Below, piece by piece: positions 45,135 to 55,179 of a stretch of DNA of 64,000 bases. Positions within the stretch are counted from its first letter, which is position 1. Each line of letters begins with the position of its first letter. Under the pieces are notes generated by a model that ran no database searches, was not told where the DNA came from, and saw only the letters and a list, made by a program, of their open reading frames with translations. The DNA lies in IMG/VR virus record IMGVR_UViG_3300030099_006995, positions 2,581 to 66,580 of that record. One strand, given 5' to 3'. Both the position numbers and the translations under genes were made by a program. Source of the stretch: a virus.

Positions 45135-47144
45135 ATGACCACGGTCGCGATCTTACGCCCGGAGAGCGGCTCCTTTCATACAACCCGAAACGGCTTCTTA
45201 AGAGGAGCCCTGGATGACGTCCAGTTTGTTGGGGCAAATACTGCAAAAGCAAATACAGCAATCATGCCGGCCCATCAGGTCGGCGATTTTATTGTTGTAT
45301 TTGCTTGGAACGCCAATAACGGAACAATACCTACGGCACCCTTCCCTCCAGCTGGTCAGCCTTACTGGGAAACAATTAGGACCTTCAACAACAGTGGGCG
45401 AGGCTTAAGAGTTGCAGGACTGCATGCAACGAGCACGACAACGCTTGTAAGCGGCTGGGCGAACTGCACAGACATCGCAGTAGCTATCTATCGGAACACA
45501 AAGGGAGCGCATGCCACAGTTGCGCTCACTTCAAGCACTAACTCAGCGAATATCGTCTATCCGGCCTACGCCGATCTAAACAACAGAACACAACCGTACA
45601 TTCTTCGCTGGGCAGGACATACAGGCAATACCGGAGCATCGATCACCCCAAGTGGATTTACAACTCGTACGAGTACAGCTGCAATTGGCGGGGCCGCTCC
45701 TGGCATAGCACTTCACGACCAGCTTTATGCCGGCAGCGGCACTACCCTCGCCGCTGAGACCGAAACAACGAGCAGCAACGGTTCATCAGTCTCTCTGACG
45801 CTAGTTCTCGAGGCAGGAGTCAAAGGTCTATCTATTGACAGGGCTGATTACACAACGACCCTGAACGGTGACGTATACCTGCGCAGGCTTCAGGTCACGA
45901 GCCGTGACTACAACGTTGGCTTTAATCAGCACTTCACCGCATACGAGAAGTTCTTCCACGTCAGTGGTGGTGCTTTTACGTACTCGACCGGCAACCTCGA
46001 CGCCCTCCGCTCATACCTTGCGAGCTTCGCCGACAGGGAGTTCCTGATTGCAGGATCCTCTGCAGAGTTCAGGCGTGATCTCAGGCCAATCATCTCGACC
46101 GGTGCATTTGCCTTTAGCGGGGCGATCGTCAACTACGCCCGTGGCTTCTTCCGAAACATCGTCACGGCGAGCGTCACCGTTACAGCAGGGAGCGTCGACA
46201 GCACGCATCAGGCTTATTTGGATGCTGTCCGGACAGACCTCTCCGTTGATCTGGACGCCGTCTTCAAGAGGGCACTTATCGAGGAAATTACCTCTGGTGG
46301 CTTCAACTCAACAATCTCTCAAGTCGGCATCCGCAACGATTCGCCTTCTCCGGCGGGTGGTGGACCTTTCACCCTTTCTGAGACAGGGCAAGGCGGAAGT
46401 GATCCCTCGCAAGCGAGCTTCCTACGGTTTCAGCACGTCAAGTACAACTCGGTCAGCAAGTCACGCGACTTAGGACTTGTCAGCAACTTTCTTGGCACTT
46501 TCAACGGGCTGATCGGATCTGAGGTTGGCTCACCGACCCTGTTCTTCAAGATGACCTTGGCAGGTGCAGCAGACCTGCGCATCACCAAGAACGTACAAAA
46601 CAGGTTTACCGATCAACAAGTCTCTATCGGCATACTCGACTCTCAGCGAAAACAAGTAAAGGTCAATGATTTTGGCTTTGCGTATCAGAACGAAATCGAA
46701 AGCACCGATTTACTTGAATTTCAGGAGCCAATGCCTGCTGGCACTTACTACTTCACCGTAAGCACCAGCCAGTGGCAGAAAATTCCATACAGTGTTTCGA
46801 TACAAGCAATTCGATTCAACGAGCTCAACGGCGCAGTGGTTCTTACGGCTGCTCTTACATCTCGTTTCTCAGTCGTCAAGATTCCAGGCGTTGCTCTGCT
46901 GACTGGACCTTTCGAATCAACAATTCCAACCAACGAATCACTCAAGAGAGCAACCGGTCATCTACTTGTAAGCAATGGATCTCGAGGCACACTTCTGATC
47001 CCTTCAGGCGTAGCTGTATGCCGAATGCTACCTAGCGGTCGCCTGAAGATGACACACAAGATTTCGTCGAAAGCAACATTGAGCTCAGCGAATGTAGCTA
47101 CGCTAAGTGCAGCGCCACCTTCATACGGCGGTTACGGTCCTTGA
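45135..47144 (+). CDS. virion structural/tail protein with PPC-like domain
   Basis: HQVGDFIVV; MPAGTYYFTVS; Thr/Ser-rich. Confidence 0.6.
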   Translation: MTTVAILRPESGSFHTTRNGFLRGALDDVQFVGANTAKANTAIMPAHQVGDFIVVFAWNANNGTIPTAPFPPAGQPYWETIRTFNNSGRGLRVAGLHATSTTTLVSGWANCTDIAVAIYRNTKGAHATVALTSSTNSANIVYPAYADLNNRTQPYILRWAGHTGNTGASITPSGFTTRTSTAAIGGAAPGIALHDQLYAGSGTTLAAETETTSSNGSSVSLTLVLEAGVKGLSIDRADYTTTLNGDVYLRRLQVTSRDYNVGFNQHFTAYEKFFHVSGGAFTYSTGNLDALRSYLASFADREFLIAGSSAEFRRDLRPIISTGAFAFSGAIVNYARGFFRNIVTASVTVTAGSVDSTHQAYLDAVRTDLSVDLDAVFKRALIEEITSGGFNSTISQVGIRNDSPSPAGGGPFTLSETGQGGSDPSQASFLRFQHVKYNSVSKSRDLGLVSNFLGTFNGLIGSEVGSPTLFFKMTLAGAADLRITKNVQNRFTDQQVSIGILDSQRKQVKVNDFGFAYQNEIESTDLLEFQEPMPAGTYYFTVSTSQWQKIPYSVSIQAIRFNELNGAVVLTAALTSRFSVVKIPGVALLTGPFESTIPTNESLKRATGHLLVSNGSRGTLLIPSGVAVCRMLPSGRLKMTHKISSKATLSSANVATLSAAPPSYGGYGP

Positions 47145-47186
47145 CGACGGACTGAGAAAAAAATTTCTCCTCAGATATAGAAGTCC

Positions 47187-47609
47187 ATGGCATTCTCGCA
47201 GTATTTTGCGACGCAAGTCCTCAGCTGGGTAAAGGGCTCCCCGTTCCCGACTGCGCTCTCGAATGTCTACATCTCACTGCACTCTTCTGACCCAGGGACT
47301 TCTGGGACCAGTGGCGATGTGACCAACTCCATCACAGGCTCCACCAACCGCACCACCATTTCCAGCAGCGCGCTTGGAGCTGTGGCAGGTGCTTCAGGCG
47401 GTGGCTTCGAGATCACAAATACAGGCGTGGTCCAGCTCACTACTTCGGCTCAAAACACCAACGCCGTCACCGTGACGCACTTTGGCGTGTGGGACCAAGC
47501 AAGTGGCGGCAACTTCCTTGCTTCTGGTCAACTCACTTCCAGCGTCGACGTGGAATTAGGTGACACCGTGCAGTTCAACATCGGCGCTATGGCCGTGCGG
47601 GTGGTCTGA
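47187..47609 (+). CDS. tail-fibre-associated structural protein
   Basis: YISLHSSDPG...VTHFGVWD..SGGNFL..G.L. Confidence 0.7.
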   Translation: MAFSQYFATQVLSWVKGSPFPTALSNVYISLHSSDPGTSGTSGDVTNSITGSTNRTTISSSALGAVAGASGGGFEITNTGVVQLTTSAQNTNAVTVTHFGVWDQASGGNFLASGQLTSSVDVELGDTVQFNIGAMAVRVV

Positions 47610-47740
47610 TGGCAAAAATCAAAAAGTCACTTCTCGGGCAGCCCCACAAAGATCCTGTCTACAAGAAAACTACGCAAGGCCAAGGTCGACGCAGTCGTCC
47701 GAAGCCTGGCAAGAAATTGATGCGCGGACAAGGCAAATAA
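47609..47740 (+). CDS. small basic protein
   Basis: 43 aa MAKIKKSLLG...KKTTQGQG...MRGQGK; TGATG overlap. Confidence 0.6.
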   Translation: MAKIKKSLLGQPHKDPVYKKTTQGQGRRSRPKPGKKLMRGQGK

Positions 47741-47764
47741 AGCCGTTACATTACAAAGAAAGGC

Positions 47765-48085
47765 ATGCTCTCGACTCAATATCGCCTCCGACTTGAGTTC
47801 ATTTGTAAGCGCATTGCTAACGGCGAAGAAGTCCAGCTAGACGATATGATCTGGGCTGACAAGCTCGGCAAGGCAAACCGCAGCGCTTCTGAAATGCTGC
47901 GCAAAGCTCGTCGCACTGCCAACAATCCCGACATGCAGCCCGGGAGCCTTGACGACTTCATGAATCAGATGGACATCGGCGACCCCGACCCCTCGAACCA
48001 CATTGTCGACGGATTCAATACCGTCGAAGAAATCGCCTCTTGGTTCAGCCAAGACAAGACTGACGATTGGCGTCAACGCGACTAA
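47765..48085 (+). CDS. conserved cyanophage hypothetical protein
   Basis: MLSTQYRLRLEFICKRI...DMIWA.KL...GDPDPSNH...DWRQRD. Confidence 0.7.
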   Translation: MLSTQYRLRLEFICKRIANGEEVQLDDMIWADKLGKANRSASEMLRKARRTANNPDMQPGSLDDFMNQMDIGDPDPSNHIVDGFNTVEEIASWFSQDKTDDWRQRD

Positions 48086-48279
48086 TCGTCGCTATGGAAG
48101 GAGACTTCCAGCATTGCCATGCGAAAGATCCGCCGGAGCCTCCAAAGCCTTTCCTGCTCTTCTTTTTCTGCTGCTGGATAGCCAGGCCACTGCTTGTAAT
48201 GAAATTCGAGTGAGTAGGCGATCTGCCGTACTTCGTCAAGAGACAACTCCATTACAAGCCTGATGTCGTCTTCTTCCAT
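48082..48279 (-). CDS. hypothetical protein
   Basis: WPG....EQERL; coupled to the endolysin stop. Confidence 0.55.
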   Translation of the reverse strand: MEEDDIRLVMELSLDEVRQIAYSLEFHYKQWPGYPAAEKEEQERLWRLRRIFRMAMLEVSFHSDD

Positions 48280-49451
48280 CAGTAAGACCAGATCACGGCA
48301 GGCTTAACGCCTGCCCTGGCGACAAACTCACCGTCATCTCTGGTGTCGATGTGTACAAAACCACGTCCACACCCGTCGCCAAGACCTCCTGTCCAGCGCT
48401 TTGCAAGCCACCTGTAGAAAACCGAGCAAGACTCCCCAACTGGGTAGATGTCTAAAGCCATTCCCTTGGCGTGATACGAGCCCGGATGCCCACCAACCTG
48501 GGTATTGATCGGCTCCGGTCGGTAGCCACTGGTCACGCCTAAAGGCCCACCCCATGCCTCCCGAATCAGGCTGTATTGGCCTGCGATATAAAACAGCTCC
48601 TCTTCTTCCTTGCTGCCTACTTGCGGACGACGACGCTTGTCGTACTGAAGTACTTGCCCAACCGTCAGATACGGGCTGAGATGCGCGCCAAAGTCACCCC
48701 AATCGACACGCTCAAATACATCAAGACTCGGGCGTGCTGATTCCTCCTTCCAATGAGGCATGTACATAGCCCATTTTTCATTGGTATCAGCGAGAGTCAC
48801 CCAGATATGGCTGTCCTCTGCAATATCCTCTACAGCAACGACTTGCAGTGACTCGCCGGTCTCAAAACCTTGTCTTCCTTCGCTGGAAAGATAACGATTC
48901 CCAATCGGGGCCTTCTTCAAGAAAGAAGAGATCAAGCAGATAAATTCCATAATCCCATCGTTCTCGCACTCCCAGAGTTCACCCTCTTTCTGACGTCGAA
49001 TTTTTAGGCCTTCAAGTTCTACACCATTTGCCTTGGTGTACTTCATCAAGACTTCAGGGACCCTGCTATAAGCCTCGCGCTTTTTAGCACCATCCTGAAG
49101 GGCATGGGTGATTGACTCGAAACCCAGCCCGCCGTAGAAATTTGGGCCAAGGTTCCAGGCAAAACTAAGCAGGACGGCTTGTCTTCTAGGTCCAAACTTA
49201 TTCCACCCAGGTATCGCCATTAAGGGCGGTACATACGTGGTTTTAAGCATGTCCTCTAGATATCTCCTACATACGTCCTTATTACAAACGTCTCCCATGC
49301 GCACAGGAGTCCCATTGGGGTAACGCGTGAGGCCAGCGCAGATCGTCGGGACCCCAACTGCATCCATGTATGCCTGGGTTTCTACTCCCTCAAATCCTTC
49401 AATCAGATTGATTGCTGTCGCTAGGGCTAGCGGTGCTATCAGGTGTGCCAT
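48279..49451 (-). CDS. endolysin: GH24 lysozyme plus peptidase M15A
   Basis: FEG....AY.D..GVPTI; GL..RR..E; VTSGYRP..N..VGG...SYH..G.ALDI; FVHIDTR. Confidence 0.88.
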   Translation of the reverse strand: MAHLIAPLALATAINLIEGFEGVETQAYMDAVGVPTICAGLTRYPNGTPVRMGDVCNKDVCRRYLEDMLKTTYVPPLMAIPGWNKFGPRRQAVLLSFAWNLGPNFYGGLGFESITHALQDGAKKREAYSRVPEVLMKYTKANGVELEGLKIRRQKEGELWECENDGIMEFICLISSFLKKAPIGNRYLSSEGRQGFETGESLQVVAVEDIAEDSHIWVTLADTNEKWAMYMPHWKEESARPSLDVFERVDWGDFGAHLSPYLTVGQVLQYDKRRRPQVGSKEEEELFYIAGQYSLIREAWGGPLGVTSGYRPEPINTQVGGHPGSYHAKGMALDIYPVGESCSVFYRWLAKRWTGGLGDGCGRGFVHIDTRDDGEFVARAGVKPAVIWSY

Positions 49452-49668
49452 CTCCGTAAATCGCTGCGAATCTCGGCCCAGCTGATATGGCTTCTTCTTT
49501 GCCTTCCCAGATATTCAGACCGTGCCCAATAGCAGCGGAGTCCGAAAGACCCTTAGAACGCAAAATCTCAATCTGCTCAATGACACTGTCAACGTGCCGA
49601 GCAGATTGAGATTCGGTTGCGTGTGCCGACAACTCATTAAAGATGTCGTCGCTGCCGGCAAGACGCAC
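49399..49668 (-). CDS. hypothetical protein (RxAG motif)
   Basis: (V/M)RLAGSD start. Confidence 0.55.
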   Translation of the reverse strand: MRLAGSDDIFNELSAHATESQSARHVDSVIEQIEILRSKGLSDSAAIGHGLNIWEGKEEAISAGPRFAAIYGDGTPDSTASPSDSNQSD

Positions 49669-49701
49669 GCTTGTTAATCAGCTAGATGATCAATCTAACG
49701 A

Positions 49702-50028
49702 TCAACCACCATAAAGACGGCGCAGGATTGCATTACCATCTTCTTGAGCCAGAGCCATCTTGGCTTGGCCGCCACCTGCATTCATTTGAATACCAGCCAT
49801 GGTATTTAGAAGCAAAGCATTTGCTTTGTTTTCAGGAGTGGCTTCACCAGCAGATTGCTGTTTTGCCATATCCATAATGGCTGCAATCTTTTGAGTGCCG
49901 GCCATCCCTGCGTCTACTTCATCCCGCTTGGCTTGCTGCTGCATAGCCTGCTGAATTTGATAGGCGTCAGGCGAACCAGGCGACTGATCAAGAAGAAGAG
50001 CGTTGATATTTTGAGGAGGAAGATTCAT
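49702..50028 (-). CDS. hypothetical protein
   Basis: A/Q/M-rich, 108 aa. Confidence 0.55.
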   Translation of the reverse strand: MNLPPQNINALLLDQSPGSPDAYQIQQAMQQQAKRDEVDAGMAGTQKIAAIMDMAKQQSAGEATPENKANALLLNTMAGIQMNAGGGQAKMALAQEDGNAILRRLYGG

Positions 50029-50029
50029 A

Positions 50030-50056
50030 GAGAAAGGCCCCGGAGTCCGGGGCCAC
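50030..50056 (-). terminator. probable terminator after the scaffold gene
   Basis: GGCCCCGG-act-CCGGGGCC followed by TTTCTCT on the minus strand. Confidence 0.6.
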
Positions 50057-50063
50057 GTATTGA

Positions 50064-51113
50064 TCAGCCTTCGGAAACCAGGATCTTGCTGCGCAGAGCG
50101 TCAGGACCAGCCTGGGAAAGCATCTGCCAAGCCACAGCGGGGTTCTTGTCGCTCATAGCGCTGAAGGTTGCCCAGAAATCATCGGGACGAGCACCGGCCT
50201 GGACACCAGGCTGAGGCATGTCGATTTCAGGGCGCTTAAAGGCAGGAGCCTGGGGCGCAGGAGCCTGAGGAGCAGGTGCCTGGGCTTGAGGCTGAGGGGC
50301 GAAACGAGTTTCGTTGGCCTCGATCTCGGCACGCAGACGATCTTCAGAGGTCTCGGTCGGGTAGGGGCCTTCAGGACCGAAGAAATCGTTGACGTATGCA
50401 GCCAACATGTCGGGGTTGGTCAGCATGACGTGGTACGCAGCGTTGTCCTCAGCTGCTGCGTCGATGACTTTCTTGGCATCCTCGAGGTTGCCGGTCAGAG
50501 CCTCGACTTGCTGCAAGACGTTGGCGGTCTGCTCAGCTTGAGCCAACAGTGCATCTTCGACTACACAGGAGTAGCGATTCAGCAGTGCAGGAGCCTCAGC
50601 GCCAAAGTGCTGCAGGACTTCAAGAGTTTCGTCGCTGACGGCGGCGAGATACTCGTCGCTGACGGGTGCTGTCTGCTCGTTGCTGTAGCTCGGTGCCTGT
50701 GTCGGGGCCTGGGAGTACGCCGGCGTTGCTTGGGGAATTGAGGTCTGCAGCCCCGATACGGAAGGAGCCGCTTGGTACTGCATTTGGGCCGAACCCTGCC
50801 ATGCCGCGTCCTGCGAAGGGGCTGCCTGTGGGGTCGGAGTTGAGTAGGCTGCCTGCGGTTGGGAGTTCTGCGTCGCGCTCAGACTTGCGCTCAGCCGTTC
50901 GAACGCCTGCTGCCATGGGTTGGCCTCCGGTGCCGGAGCCGCCTGTTGGTAGCTGACCGGTGCCTCCGGCTGTGGAACCGAAGGAATCTGGTACGAAGGT
51001 TGGGCGTTCTGGGCCGGCGCTGATTGGTAAGCCTGCGTCGGCGCGGGCGCGCTCGATGGGATCGAGGCTTGCGGGGTCACTTGAGCCTGGGGCGTCTGAA
51101 TACTGTCCTGCAT
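50064..51113 (-). CDS. putative capsid scaffolding protein
   Basis: P/Q/A-rich N-terminus and coiled-coil core; follows the portal gene. Confidence 0.65.
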   Translation of the reverse strand: MQDSIQTPQAQVTPQASIPSSAPAPTQAYQSAPAQNAQPSYQIPSVPQPEAPVSYQQAAPAPEANPWQQAFERLSASLSATQNSQPQAAYSTPTPQAAPSQDAAWQGSAQMQYQAAPSVSGLQTSIPQATPAYSQAPTQAPSYSNEQTAPVSDEYLAAVSDETLEVLQHFGAEAPALLNRYSCVVEDALLAQAEQTANVLQQVEALTGNLEDAKKVIDAAAEDNAAYHVMLTNPDMLAAYVNDFFGPEGPYPTETSEDRLRAEIEANETRFAPQPQAQAPAPQAPAPQAPAFKRPEIDMPQPGVQAGARPDDFWATFSAMSDKNPAVAWQMLSQAGPDALRSKILVSEG

Positions 51114-52848
51114 AAGTCAACTCACGCTTAAGGAAATCAAGCGCGCGGTAAATGAAGTTTGTGAGATCCAACTTGGGATCCGCAAGCAACGGCAAGTCGG
51201 GTGCCTGCGGATGGGGGACCTGACGCATGTTTTCAATCAGCGTCAGGAATGTGCCAATACTCTGTTGTGTGGCTTGGGCCATTCGGAATGGATAGCCACT
51301 GAGCATTGCGCTTCTCTCTTCATCTGTTTTATCAGGGAAGAGATAACGCAGGGCCTCGATGGAGTTAACACCGAGCTCCTGAAGGTTACGAACAACAATG
51401 CTTGAGTTAAGTATATCCTCTGTACCGTCCTCGAAGACGGGACCTTTCCATCGCCATTCAATCCTTCGATCACCATCAGGTATAAGTCCTACGACCCCCT
51501 GAGGCAAAGATCGGGACTGAATGGCATTACCAATCTCGACCTCAAGAGTTCCCTCGTACTCTTTAGAAATCTGCTGGTAAGCGGTGACCGCCTCATCAAA
51601 GGTCGCGCCATCCGGGAAGTCCTCGCGAATTGGTGCTGGTGGTTGATTCAGGCCAACAGCTGCAGCGAAAGATTGCCGGAAAATCTTCTCTTCATTGAAG
51701 ATAATCAGAGACAGCATTTTGCAGAGGCCATAGGTCAAAAGACCTCGGCAACGACGTGTAGCAGATGTCGCGGCACGTCCATAGAGAGACTTGATCTCAT
51801 AGGCGGTAGCACCAGCCGTAATACCCAGCTCATCGACACCACCAAGAGCGGTCCGAATCTCTTCTCGGTACTGGCGCGCGTAAAGGTTCTGATCACCTGA
51901 AACAGCATCAGGAGTCAGGTAGGCGGCACGGTCAGTTGGCTCAATGTTGGCGATGATCCGGGGCACCTTCATGCCACCGCCGGCGGCGCCACCCATGGGC
52001 GAACTCACCCGTGTTGACGGGCGATTCGAGGCGTAGAAGCCTGCTTGTGAGCTGATCGTTGGGCGAGCGCCTTCCTCGTCACCGCTGTCAACGAGGTCAT
52101 GCTTAGGCCGACTCGACAACAGAGTCGGGTTGCCGAAGAAATGGATATTGGTTCGAATGTTCTTGACCAGGTCGTCGTGGGTGACGATCTGCTCAGCCAG
52201 CCAGTCAAACTCGCCAGTTGCGTCCATCCCTGTGGAGCGCATGCTGTTGAACGACTCAACGGCAGGGATAAAGCCCAAGCTGTTGGTCAGCGTGCGGGTC
52301 TTGTTGGCCGCAAAGGCCATGGTTTGGGTATTTGCGTCAAACGATGGCTTTTCGTTTGTGATCGTTTCCTTGATCTCGTCACGACGGACCCGCAGCTTGA
52401 CGTAGCGCTCCGAGCCACCTTGCAAGGTCTGCGCGGAAGGTCCTGAGAGGCTGTCACGGACGGTGAATGAATAGATCAGCTCGATCTCGTCGAGCTCACC
52501 CATTGCGTCGTAATAAGCGCGGTAATTATCCGCGCTGAACCACATGATCCGATATGTGTCCTTAATCGGGCGGAAATAAAACAGACCTTTGCCATCAATG
52601 AGGAAGTCATCAACGATGCCCTCTAGGCGAGTATCAATCTCGTTCTCTTCAATGATCTGGGACAGGAACTGCTTCCTAAATCCGTAAGTATCTTGCGCGG
52701 GGTAAAACTCCAGACCCTGGCGCAACATGAACAGCTTCATCTGCGAGAGATGACTGTTCACGATCATCGTGTCAGTACCTGATCCGCCGTCACGCTTTCT
52801 GGCCGCTTCGAGAATGCGGCGGAAGCGGTCTTGAATGCCTTGGCTCAT
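50620..52848 (-). CDS. portal protein (putative)
   Basis: Follows TerL; helical core with FFGNPTL; disordered C-terminal tail overlaps the scaffold gene. Confidence 0.7.
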   Translation of the reverse strand: MSQGIQDRFRRILEAARKRDGGSGTDTMIVNSHLSQMKLFMLRQGLEFYPAQDTYGFRKQFLSQIIEENEIDTRLEGIVDDFLIDGKGLFYFRPIKDTYRIMWFSADNYRAYYDAMGELDEIELIYSFTVRDSLSGPSAQTLQGGSERYVKLRVRRDEIKETITNEKPSFDANTQTMAFAANKTRTLTNSLGFIPAVESFNSMRSTGMDATGEFDWLAEQIVTHDDLVKNIRTNIHFFGNPTLLSSRPKHDLVDSGDEEGARPTISSQAGFYASNRPSTRVSSPMGGAAGGGMKVPRIIANIEPTDRAAYLTPDAVSGDQNLYARQYREEIRTALGGVDELGITAGATAYEIKSLYGRAATSATRRCRGLLTYGLCKMLSLIIFNEEKIFRQSFAAAVGLNQPPAPIREDFPDGATFDEAVTAYQQISKEYEGTLEVEIGNAIQSRSLPQGVVGLIPDGDRRIEWRWKGPVFEDGTEDILNSSIVVRNLQELGVNSIEALRYLFPDKTDEERSAMLSGYPFRMAQATQQSIGTFLTLIENMRQVPHPQAPDLPLLADPKLDLTNFIYRALDFLKRELTYAGQYSDAPGSSDPASLDPIERARADAGLPISAGPERPTFVPDSFGSTAGGTGQLPTGGSGTGGQPMAAGVRTAERKSERDAELPTAGSLLNSDPTGSPFAGRGMAGFGPNAVPSGSFRIGAADLNSPSNAGVLPGPDTGTELQQRADSTRQRRVSRRRQRRNS

Positions 52849-52857
52849 ACTTCTATG

Positions 52858-54390
52858 TTAGTTCCACTCAATGTGTGCCTTGCCTCGGCGCATTAGGCCT
52901 TGTACCACGATATTCAATGAGTCAGCACAGTCATCGTGCGGTGAGTGTCCGAAATTGACGATTTCGTCGACCATACAACTGAAGTCCCTGTATTTATTGA
53001 ATAAGATCTTTTTATGCTCAAAAAGCCCCATAATTCCACGCAATCTGGCGAGCTTGTCCCCACGGAAACCCTTCACCGGGCTAATGGAGAGGTTGTAGAG
53101 CTGCCACTCATTGAAGAGGATCCGCTTCATGTCGCCCTCAAAGGATTTTTGATAGGCGACAACCTCTGGCCAGATGACGACGGGTGACTGAGTCCTGAAG
53201 TACTGGCCCTCGTCATTCACCTCTAAGAGGTTCCATTCGACGAGTAGTTCGCATAAGGCCTCGATCTTGTCGAGGTTGCCCATCGAACGCATACGTCGAT
53301 AGTCGATCACATAGACCTTGTCGTCGACCCGACCAGCAAGCGTAAAGACAGTCCAGTCATTCCTCTCCGTCATGCCAGCAGAGAGATCAATACCTACCCC
53401 GATGGTGTCGTACTCCTCGGGGACCTCGGCCTTGACAAATAGTTCGGGAGATATACCTAGTTCGGTTGAACGGACCGGCTGGTTCAGGTACTGGTAGCTG
53501 AAGGCCACACGATCATCTGCCTGCAGCTTGAGCAAGTATTTCGCGGACCACATCTCGGGCCAATAGCTCTTAGGCCGGCCATCGTCGTCGTAGTGCAGAG
53601 CTGACTGGGTGATGCACTTCCAACCCTTCTTCTCCGTGAAGATGGTGGCGAACAGATCGTCGAAGTGGAACCGGGTACCCAGGGCGATGGCTCGCGCCCC
53701 TTGGAACATGGTGGGGACGATCACGTTCGTCCAGTTGGTCTCCATCTCCCGGCGTATATCCGGGTTAGCAATGCTCGCTGCGCTCTTGATGGCGTCATCA
53801 ACAACGATCAACGACGATCGTTTCGACGTAATCGTGCCCTTAAGACCTGCGCAGGCAACTGTAAAAGCATCTTCGCCCCTAATATCCACCTCCGCAAAAT
53901 CCCAGTCAATCGACCAGAGCTCGTCCGACGTGCGCATCTTGGAGAGCCGTACACACGGGAATATCTCCTGGTATTCCTTCGAGCAGATGAGGTTTTTGAT
54001 CGCCGCACTCTTGTTCCGGGCCACATCGACGTTGTACGACACATAAAGGATCCTCAGAAGCTTCTTGGCGAGCGCGTGGCGGCCGATAAGCCACCCAAGC
54101 AATAAACCCAGCACGGTGGACTTTGCGCTTCCCCTAGGGCTCAGCAGACATGTATTAGGGCCTGCAATGTCCAGCAGGTGGTCGTTGCTATTGCCGGTAA
54201 GAAAAACTTTGTGCCACTCCCTCATATGACGGGCTGGCTTCTTGCCCATCATCTCGCAGAAGTAGGCAAAGCTTGCTCTTGCTTTGATGACGTGAGGTGG
54301 AAGCTCGACCTCTACCTGTTTCTTGACGATCGCCTTGGCTGCAGCCTTTGCAGACCGCATCTTGGCTTGTGAGATTGAGCTGCCTGCCAT
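52858..54390 (-). CDS. terL: terminase large subunit
   Basis: PRGSAKST Walker A, IVVDD Walker B, GTRFHFDDL, GIDLS, HDDCADS. Confidence 0.93.
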   Translation of the reverse strand: MAGSSISQAKMRSAKAAAKAIVKKQVEVELPPHVIKARASFAYFCEMMGKKPARHMREWHKVFLTGNSNDHLLDIAGPNTCLLSPRGSAKSTVLGLLLGWLIGRHALAKKLLRILYVSYNVDVARNKSAAIKNLICSKEYQEIFPCVRLSKMRTSDELWSIDWDFAEVDIRGEDAFTVACAGLKGTITSKRSSLIVVDDAIKSAASIANPDIRREMETNWTNVIVPTMFQGARAIALGTRFHFDDLFATIFTEKKGWKCITQSALHYDDDGRPKSYWPEMWSAKYLLKLQADDRVAFSYQYLNQPVRSTELGISPELFVKAEVPEEYDTIGVGIDLSAGMTERNDWTVFTLAGRVDDKVYVIDYRRMRSMGNLDKIEALCELLVEWNLLEVNDEGQYFRTQSPVVIWPEVVAYQKSFEGDMKRILFNEWQLYNLSISPVKGFRGDKLARLRGIMGLFEHKKILFNKYRDFSCMVDEIVNFGHSPHDDCADSLNIVVQGLMRRGKAHIEWN

Positions 54391-54427
54391 ACGGAGAACC
54401 TATCCAGTTTTGGCTATTTCGCGCCCC

Positions 54428-54673
54428 CTAGAACAAAGGCAAAATGAGCGCCGGAAAAATTTCGGCTGGAACATGAGTCAATAACTCACTGCACGGCTCG
54501 TTGACCTTGGTCCGCAGATAGCGAATCAAGTTCATACGAGTCCAGTAGTCGATACTCGAATCCATCTGAATCTCGGCTGCACGCTCCATGTAGCGCTCAC
54601 AGCTCATATGCCATCCCCAAGAAGTCCCGTCAGCGTGATGAGCAAGCATCAGTGACAGGAACACAGGAATCAT
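54428..54673 (-). CDS. hypothetical protein
   Basis: WHMSCE...LIRYLRTKV; ATGA overlap. Confidence 0.5.
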   Translation of the reverse strand: MIPVFLSLMLAHHADGTSWGWHMSCERYMERAAEIQMDSSIDYWTRMNLIRYLRTKVNEPCSELLTHVPAEIFPALILPLF

Positions 54674-55179
54674 TTCTCTTCGCAGATATCAGCCCAAATG
54701 GATTCGAAGGCCAGCTCCAGAGCAGGCAGCACTTCGTCTGAGTTTTTGAAGATGGTGCGCAGATCACGCATAACCTTGTCAGCGCCGGCCATGATCAGGC
54801 CACGGCGGTCATGCCCCTTGGTCAGCTTGTCGACCTCGACTACATGACCACGCAATTCCTTGCTCAAATGGGCAACTCGGGTTGCCGCTGCATCCGCTTT
54901 GATGAGGTCGGCCTGGACCTGCTGCCTGAGAAAGTCGATGTCCCCCTCGAGCTTGACGATCTCGGCGAGCATGATCTCCCGCCGATTGAGCTTGGGATAG
55001 GTCTGATTGATCCACTTTTCCAGTGCAGCAAAACTGCCCGTGTATCCGAGCACGCCCGCGTAGAGCCAAATTTCGTAAACCGAGTAGGTGTTCTCGGCAT
55101 ACGCCATGAAACCCTCGCGATGCGCGTTATCCAGGGCTGCGAGAAAGTCCTGGATCTGAGGGTCGATTGTCTTAGGCAT
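54670..55179 (-). CDS. putative terminase small subunit
   Basis: Helical 169 aa protein upstream of terL; assignment is positional only. Confidence 0.4.
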   Translation of the reverse strand: MPKTIDPQIQDFLAALDNAHREGFMAYAENTYSVYEIWLYAGVLGYTGSFAALEKWINQTYPKLNRREIMLAEIVKLEGDIDFLRQQVQADLIKADAAATRVAHLSKELRGHVVEVDKLTKGHDRRGLIMAGADKVMRDLRTIFKNSDEVLPALELAFESIWADICEEK

